Part shown: positions 59,212 through 64,000 of the stretch, piece after piece
Position numbering within the stretch: position 1 is the first letter of the stretch
How the letters are laid out: each line of letters opens with the position of its first letter
Origin: an uncultured delta proteobacterium
Lineage (GTDB): Bacteria > Desulfobacterota > Binatia > HRBIN30 > BPIQ01
Length of the DNA: 64,000 bases
Reading direction: 5' to 3'
Assembly: GCA_963761335.1 (NCBI GenBank)
Contig: CAVXGR010000012.1
Coordinates: forward strand, 512,001 to 576,000
The notes under the pieces: model-generated
What the model saw: only the letters and a program-made list of their open reading frames with translations
The model's database searches: none
What the model was told of the DNA's origin: nothing
Program-made: the position numbers and the translations under genes

Positions 59212-59638
59212 TGCGAATGCCGAAGCGGCCGGGGCGCTCCTCCTCGATGTACGGCGAGAGCTGATAGTACGCCGCCCGCAGGAAGCGCGCCCGCTCTCGA
59301 CCGCCCTTCACCCGGCCGTAGAGCACGTGGCCGTCGCCGATGTGCACGGTGTCGAGGGACAGTGGCTCCACCGTGCCGTCATTCAGCAGCACCTGAAAGC
59401 CGGAGTCCGGGTCGCCCTCGACCTGCACCACCACGTACGCGGTGTCCTCGACCTCGACCGGGGCGCGGTCGAAGCCGATCTCGATGCGATACGAGCCGTC
59501 CTCCTGGCGGACCAGGTTCTCGCTGAACAGGCGCGCAATCCGCTCGTTGGCGATCGGCTCGCCGTCGGCGTACCAGACGCCGTCGCGTCCGAAGCGGATC
59601 TTGCTGGAGCGGATCTCGTAGAAGCCGGCGCGCGGCAT
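59177..59638 (-). CDS. DUF1285-domain protein
   Basis: DGVWYADGEPI...LF, VEVEDT, ARFLRAAYYQL. Confidence 0.8.
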   Translation of the reverse strand: MPRAGFYEIRSSKIRFGRDGVWYADGEPIANERIARLFSENLVRQEDGSYRIEIGFDRAPVEVEDTAYVVVQVEGDPDSGFQVLLNDGTVEPLSLDTVHIGDGHVLYGRVKGGRERARFLRAAYYQLSPYIEEERPGRFGIRSGGVVHPIGRD

Positions 59639-59651
59639 GGCTTGACGACTC

Positions 59652-60098
59652 CTATCTCTCGCGGCTGTCGAGCCAGATGGTCACTGGTCCGTCGTTGACG
59701 AGCTCGACCTGCATCTCGGCCCCGAAGCGCCCGGTCTCCACCTTCAGTCCCTTGCCGCGCAGACAGGCGGTGAAGTGCGAGTAGAGCTCCACCGCACGTG
59801 CGGCCGGCGCCGCCCGGTGGAAGGACGGGCGCCGGCCCTTGCGACTATCGGCGTGCAGGGTGAACTGGGAAACCGCCAGGACCTCGCCGCCGAGATCCCG
59901 CACCGAGGCGACCCAGGCGCCTTCCGGTCCGTCGAAGATGCGCAGCTCCGCCACCTTCGCCGCCAGCCACTCTGCATCTCGCGGTTCGTCATCCACCGCC
60001 ACGCCGAGGAAGATCACCAGACCGGCGCGTATGGCGCCGACGACCTGCTCGGCGACCACCACGCGGGCGTTGCGGACCCGCTGCAGAAGAGCACGCAT
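59652..60098 (-). CDS. dtd: D-aminoacyl-tRNA deacylase
   Basis: [27 protein letters not shown]. Confidence 0.95.
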   Translation of the reverse strand: MRALLQRVRNARVVVAEQVVGAIRAGLVIFLGVAVDDEPRDAEWLAAKVAELRIFDGPEGAWVASVRDLGGEVLAVSQFTLHADSRKGRRPSFHRAAPAARAVELYSHFTACLRGKGLKVETGRFGAEMQVELVNDGPVTIWLDSRER

Positions 60099-60107
60099 GC
60101 GCGTCGA

Positions 60108-60308
60108 TCACTCCCAGTCGTCTTCCTCCTCCTCGTCTTCATCGTCGTCGTCGTCCTCGTCCCAGTCCTCGTCGTCGTCCCAATCCTCTTCGTCGTCGTC
60201 TCCCTCCTCCTCGTCGTCCTCTTCCCAGTCGTCGGGCTCGTCTTTGCGCAGGGCTTCCCGCCAATCCTTCATGCCAAGCTCCTTTTCCATTCGGTACCCA
60301 TCCAGCAT
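60108..60308 (-). CDS. Small, highly acidic protein
   Basis: GGGGAG RBS; 66 aa with a D/E/W tail; fills the gap in a co-oriented run. Confidence 0.65.
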   Translation of the reverse strand: MLDGYRMEKELGMKDWREALRKDEPDDWEEDDEEEGDDDEEDWDDDEDWDEDDDDDEDEEEEDDWE

Positions 60309-60347
60309 CGCATCTCCCCCGTGCAGAATGTGCATTTGCAGCCTCCC

Positions 60348-60917
60348 CTACTTCTCGATGACGACGCGTGTGCCGACGTCCACCAGCGAGTAGAGATCCT
60401 CGATGTCCTTGTTCAGCAGCGAGATGCAGCCGCGCGTCCAGTTGTCGCCGCGGCGATTGACGGCGTCGTCGACGGTGCCGTGAATGCCGACCTGACCGCC
60501 GACGCCGGGATTGGTCGGCAGGAGACCGAACTCGCGGCTCCAGTCGTACAGGTGGACGTTCAACGGCGTCGGGTAGTCGAGCAACATGAACCGCGACCAG
60601 GCGCGGTGCGGATACTTCGCCAGGATGTGGTACTCGCCCTCGGGCGTGCGGTTGTCTCCCTCGTGCAGCTTGGCGCCGTAGGGATCGCCGCCGAGCACGA
60701 TCGGATAGCTCCGGATCGGCGTGGTGTCGTCGTAGACGGTCAGCCGCCGATCGAGCTTCTGCACCCGGATCCAACGACCGAGACGGGCCCCCTCGACCTC
60801 CCCCGCCTGCGGGACCTTGGGCGGCTCCACCACCGCCGGTGGCGGCTGCCGCAAAGCGCAGCCGGCGATCAGCGCCAGCGCCGCCGCCAGCCCGAGCGTC
60901 CCTCTTCGTGCGGTCAT
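60348..60917 (-). CDS. L,D-transpeptidase (YkuD) lipoprotein
   Basis: Lipobox IAGC; GDNRTPEG; IHG...WTRGCI. Confidence 0.9.
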   Translation of the reverse strand: MTARRGTLGLAAALALIAGCALRQPPPAVVEPPKVPQAGEVEGARLGRWIRVQKLDRRLTVYDDTTPIRSYPIVLGGDPYGAKLHEGDNRTPEGEYHILAKYPHRAWSRFMLLDYPTPLNVHLYDWSREFGLLPTNPGVGGQVGIHGTVDDAVNRRGDNWTRGCISLLNKDIEDLYSLVDVGTRVVIEK

Positions 60918-61027
60918 TTTCTCCCCCGTGCTTCTCACGCGCGGGCGGATTGTAACCGAACCGGCGCCGGAGTCTAGTCCGCGCGATGGGGGCTTCGCCC
61001 CCGCCGGGCACGGTGCCGCCGGCTTCC

Positions 61028-61075
61028 TTGACAATTCCCCGGGGGCTGTGAGACTTGATCAGTCGATTGAATCAG
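61028..61075 (+). promoter_or_regulatory. Promoter and likely TetR operator
   Basis: TTGACA at 61028; imperfect palindrome tcagtcgattga just downstream. Confidence 0.55.
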
Positions 61076-61093
61076 TTGCTGAAGCCTTCTGAC

Positions 61094-61729
61094 GTGGTGC
61101 GTTCGGTCGTACAGCAGGCGCGCGAGGCGCCCCACTCCACCAAGGCGCGGATTCTCGCCACCGCCGAGGAGGTCTTCGCCGCCCGCGGCTTCGACGGCGC
61201 CTCCACCCGCGAGATCGCGGCGCGCGCCGGCGTGAACATCTCCAGCCTGCATTACCACTGGGACTCGAAGGAGAGGCTCTACTTCGGCGTCTTCCAGAGC
61301 GTCTACCGGCGCATCGTCGAGCTGGTGCAGAGCGTCGACGACCCGCCCCCGAGCACCCCCGCCGCCGCGGTGATCGAGACGGCGATGGGGCGGCTCTTCG
61401 ATTTCTTCGACGACAACCCGAACATCCCCAAGCTCCTCCTGCGGCGGTTGCTCGAGGACGGCGAAACGCACGTCGAGATCGAACGCGACATCCTTGTGCC
61501 GGCGTGGCGGGTCTTCGAGAACGCCAGCCGCCGTTACCGCCAGCGCAGCGCCAGCGAACCCGACTCGACCCTGTTCATGCTGAGCGTTCACAGCGTCATG
61601 CTCGTCCTCCTGCTCGACAGCAAGGAGTTTCGCCGCCTGCTCGGGGGCAGCGTGCGCAGCGGCGAGACACGCCAGCGCAGCCGCGCCCACGTCATTCGCC
61701 TGGTCCAACGCCTGCTGGCCGCGGAGTGA
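61094..61729 (+). CDS. TetR/AcrR transcriptional regulator
   Basis: ILATAEEVFAARGFDGASTREIAARAGVN...YHW.SKE.L. Start approximate. Confidence 0.92.
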   Translation: MVRSVVQQAREAPHSTKARILATAEEVFAARGFDGASTREIAARAGVNISSLHYHWDSKERLYFGVFQSVYRRIVELVQSVDDPPPSTPAAAVIETAMGRLFDFFDDNPNIPKLLLRRLLEDGETHVEIERDILVPAWRVFENASRRYRQRSASEPDSTLFMLSVHSVMLVLLLDSKEFRRLLGGSVRSGETRQRSRAHVIRLVQRLLAAE

Positions 61730-61733
61730 CCAC

Positions 61734-62738
61734 ATGCGCGCCCTGATCACCGCCTCCTTTCACGCCGACGGGCTGGAACGCCTGCGCCGCCACATGGATG
61801 TCGTCCACGAAGACTGGCGAGAGACGAAGCACATCCACTTCGACGGCGTGCAGTTCGCCGAACGCATCCGCGCCGCCGGGGCCGAGGTGGTGATCGTCGA
61901 GGCCGACCTGCTGCGCGAGGAGGTCCTCGACACCTGTGCCCTGCGCCTGATCGGCTGCTGCCGTGGGGATCCGATCAACATCGCCCTGGAGCGGGCCACC
62001 GAGCTGAAGATCCCAGTGATCTTCGCGCCGGCGCGCAATGCCGACGCCGTCGCCGACCTGACCCTGGCCTTCATGCTGAGCCTGATCCGGCACGTCTATG
62101 AGGTGAACGCCGCCGTCAAGAGCGGCGCCATGCGCTTCGCCAGCACCCGTGATTACCTCGACGTGTACGGGCGCTACGGCGGCTTCGAGCTCGGCTCCGC
62201 CACCGTCGGCATCGTCGGCCTCGGGGCCATCGGCCAGCGGGTGGCGCGGCGAGCGCGCGCCTTCGGCGCGCCTGTCCTCGCCCACGACCCGGTGGCGAGC
62301 GACGCCGCCTTTGCGGAAGCGGGCGCCGAGCGCCGCGACCTCGACGCCATGCTGGCGGAGACCGACATCCTGACCATCCACTGTCCGGAGCTGCCCTCGA
62401 CGTTTCAGCTGATCGGCCGCCAGCAGCTGCAGCGGCTGAAGCCGGGGTCGTATCTGTTGAACCTGGCGCGCGCCTCGATCGTCGACGACGATGCCGCCTA
62501 CGAGGCCCTGAGCAGCGGTCATCTCGCCGGCGCCGCCTTCGACGTCTTTCGCGACGAGCCGCTGCAGCCCGAGAACCGCTTCGCGCGGCTGCCGAACGTG
62601 CTGGTCTCGCCGCACCTCGGCGGCGCCACCCGCGACGTCGTCCGCCATCAGACCGAGATGGTGGTCGACGGCATCGAGGCCTGGCTGCGCGGCGAGCGGC
62701 CGCGCCACCTCGCCAACCCCGACGTCGCCCTCGCATGA
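61734..62738 (+). CDS. D-isomer-specific 2-hydroxyacid dehydrogenase (PGDH-like)
   Basis: GIVGLGAIG, NLARA, DVFRDEP, SPHLGG. Confidence 0.9.
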   Translation: MRALITASFHADGLERLRRHMDVVHEDWRETKHIHFDGVQFAERIRAAGAEVVIVEADLLREEVLDTCALRLIGCCRGDPINIALERATELKIPVIFAPARNADAVADLTLAFMLSLIRHVYEVNAAVKSGAMRFASTRDYLDVYGRYGGFELGSATVGIVGLGAIGQRVARRARAFGAPVLAHDPVASDAAFAEAGAERRDLDAMLAETDILTIHCPELPSTFQLIGRQQLQRLKPGSYLLNLARASIVDDDAAYEALSSGHLAGAAFDVFRDEPLQPENRFARLPNVLVSPHLGGATRDVVRHQTEMVVDGIEAWLRGERPRHLANPDVALA

Positions 62739-64000
62739 GCCGGGATCGCCCCCTCTTTCTGGCGATCGACGCCGGCACCGGCGGCGGCAAATGCATGCTG
62801 CTGGATGCCGGCGGCCGCCGTCTCGCCGTTCACCGCCAGCCGTGGAGCTACCAGGTCTCCGTCAACCCGGAGATCCCCTTCGTCAAGGAGTTCGAGTTCA
62901 ACGGCCCCGAGTTCTGGGGCATCCTCTGCCGCTGCATCCGCGACGCCGTGCGCGAGGCCAACGTCGAGCCCGGCCGCATCGCCGGCATCGCCAGCACCAG
63001 TCAGCGGGAAGGATGCGTCTTCCTCGACGGCGCCGGGCGGGAGATCTACGCCGGGCCCAACCTGGACGCGCGCGGCTTCAACGAGGGCCTCGAGGTGATG
63101 GAGCGCCTGGGTCCGGCGCGCCTGTACGAGATCACCGGTCACTCGGCGCCCTTCATCTTTCCCATCGCCCGCTATCTCTGGCACCGCAAGCAGCAGCGCC
63201 CGCCGGTGGCGCGGCTGCTGATGATCAACGACTGGATCGCCTACCGGCTCACCGGCGCCTTCGCCGGCGAGCCGTCCAACGGCACCGAGTCGATGCTCTT
63301 CGACCTCCGCGCCCGCGCCTGGTCGGACGAGATCCTCGACCTGTTCGACATTCCCCGCGGCATCCTGCCGGCGATCCACGCCTCCGGGGCCCGCATCGGC
63401 GAGGTCTCGGCCGTGGCGGCGGCGGAGACCGGGCTGGCGCCGGGCACGCCGGTGTTCACCGGGGGCGCCGACACGCAGTGCTCGCTGCTGGGCGCCGGGG
63501 TCAGCGAGCCAGGTCAGGTGGGCGCCACACTGGGGACGACCACGCCGGTACAGATGGTCGTCGGTGCGCCGACGTTCGATCCGCGCGGCAATCTCTGGGC
63601 GGGATGCCACGTGCTGCCCGACCGCTGGGTCCTGGAGAGCAACGCCGGCGACACCGGCGACGCCTATCTCTGGATTCTCCGTCTGATCGGTGGCGATCAG
63701 AAGCCCGAGCGCCTGTTCCAGCTGGGCGAGGAGCTCGGCCGCGCCGAAACCGCGCCGCAGGTATTCTCGTTTCTCGGTCCCTCCATCTTCAACATGATGG
63801 ACATACGGCCGGACAAGCCCGGGGGCATCCTCTTCCACTTTCCGATGATGCACCACCGCCCCGATCACGCCGACCTGATGCGCTCGTTCCTCGACAGCAT
63901 CGGCTTCGCCATCCGCGCCAACTGCGAGCAGATCTCCGCGGTCACCGGCGTGCCGCCGACGTCGCTCACCTTGAGTGGCGGCCTGTCCCGCAGCGCCGCC
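62735..64000 (+). CDS. FGGY-family carbohydrate kinase, cut by the window edge
   Basis: LAIDAGTG, TSQREG, GGADTQC, TLGTT, LSGG; ATGA overlap. Confidence 0.9.
   Translation, partial: MSRDRPLFLAIDAGTGGGKCMLLDAGGRRLAVHRQPWSYQVSVNPEIPFVKEFEFNGPEFWGILCRCIRDAVREANVEPGRIAGIASTSQREGCVFLDGAGREIYAGPNLDARGFNEGLEVMERLGPARLYEITGHSAPFIFPIARYLWHRKQQRPPVARLLMINDWIAYRLTGAFAGEPSNGTESMLFDLRARAWSDEILDLFDIPRGILPAIHASGARIGEVSAVAAAETGLAPGTPVFTGGADTQCSLLGAGVSEPGQVGATLGTTTPVQMVVGAPTFDPRGNLWAGCHVLPDRWVLESNAGDTGDAYLWILRLIGGDQKPERLFQLGEELGRAETAPQVFSFLGPSIFNMMDIRPDKPGGILFHFPMMHHRPDHADLMRSFLDSIGFAIRANCEQISAVTGVPPTSLTLSGGLSRSAA

Overview
High-GC bacterial DNA; the gene content (many STAND cyclase-TPR genes, in-gene palindromes) suggests a Binatia/deltaproteobacterial-type genome, but that is inference only. 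A tRNA-Leu(TAG) gene at about 49.0 kb (minus strand) splits the window. To its right (49.2-64 kb) are intact, ordinary genes: GT-C glycosyltransferase, S53 peptidase, methyltransferase, transglutaminase-like protein, Mut7-C, trmL, DUF1285, dtd, L,D-transpeptidase, and a TetR/dehydrogenase/FGGY kinase operon. To its left (downstream of the tRNA 3' end) is a 49 kb accessory region. It holds three toxin-antitoxin pairs, a truncated and partly duplicated RAYT transposase, a 12 kb glycan-biosynthesis cluster with an adenylation-ACP-GNAT module, a frameshifted beta-propeller surface protein, a frameshifted hppA and many remnants of zinc-ribbon/cyclase/STAND/TPR genes. Three intact unusual genes stand out: (1) a radical-SAM activase fused in frame to a glycyl radical enzyme (20770-24066); (2) a 2982-aa class III cyclase-STAND ATPase-TPR protein ending in about 12 tandem SnoaL/NTF2-like domains (35464-44412); (3) a cytochrome P450 fused to a cyclic-nucleotide-binding domain (13953-15806). 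All calls come from reading motifs by eye; no searches were run.
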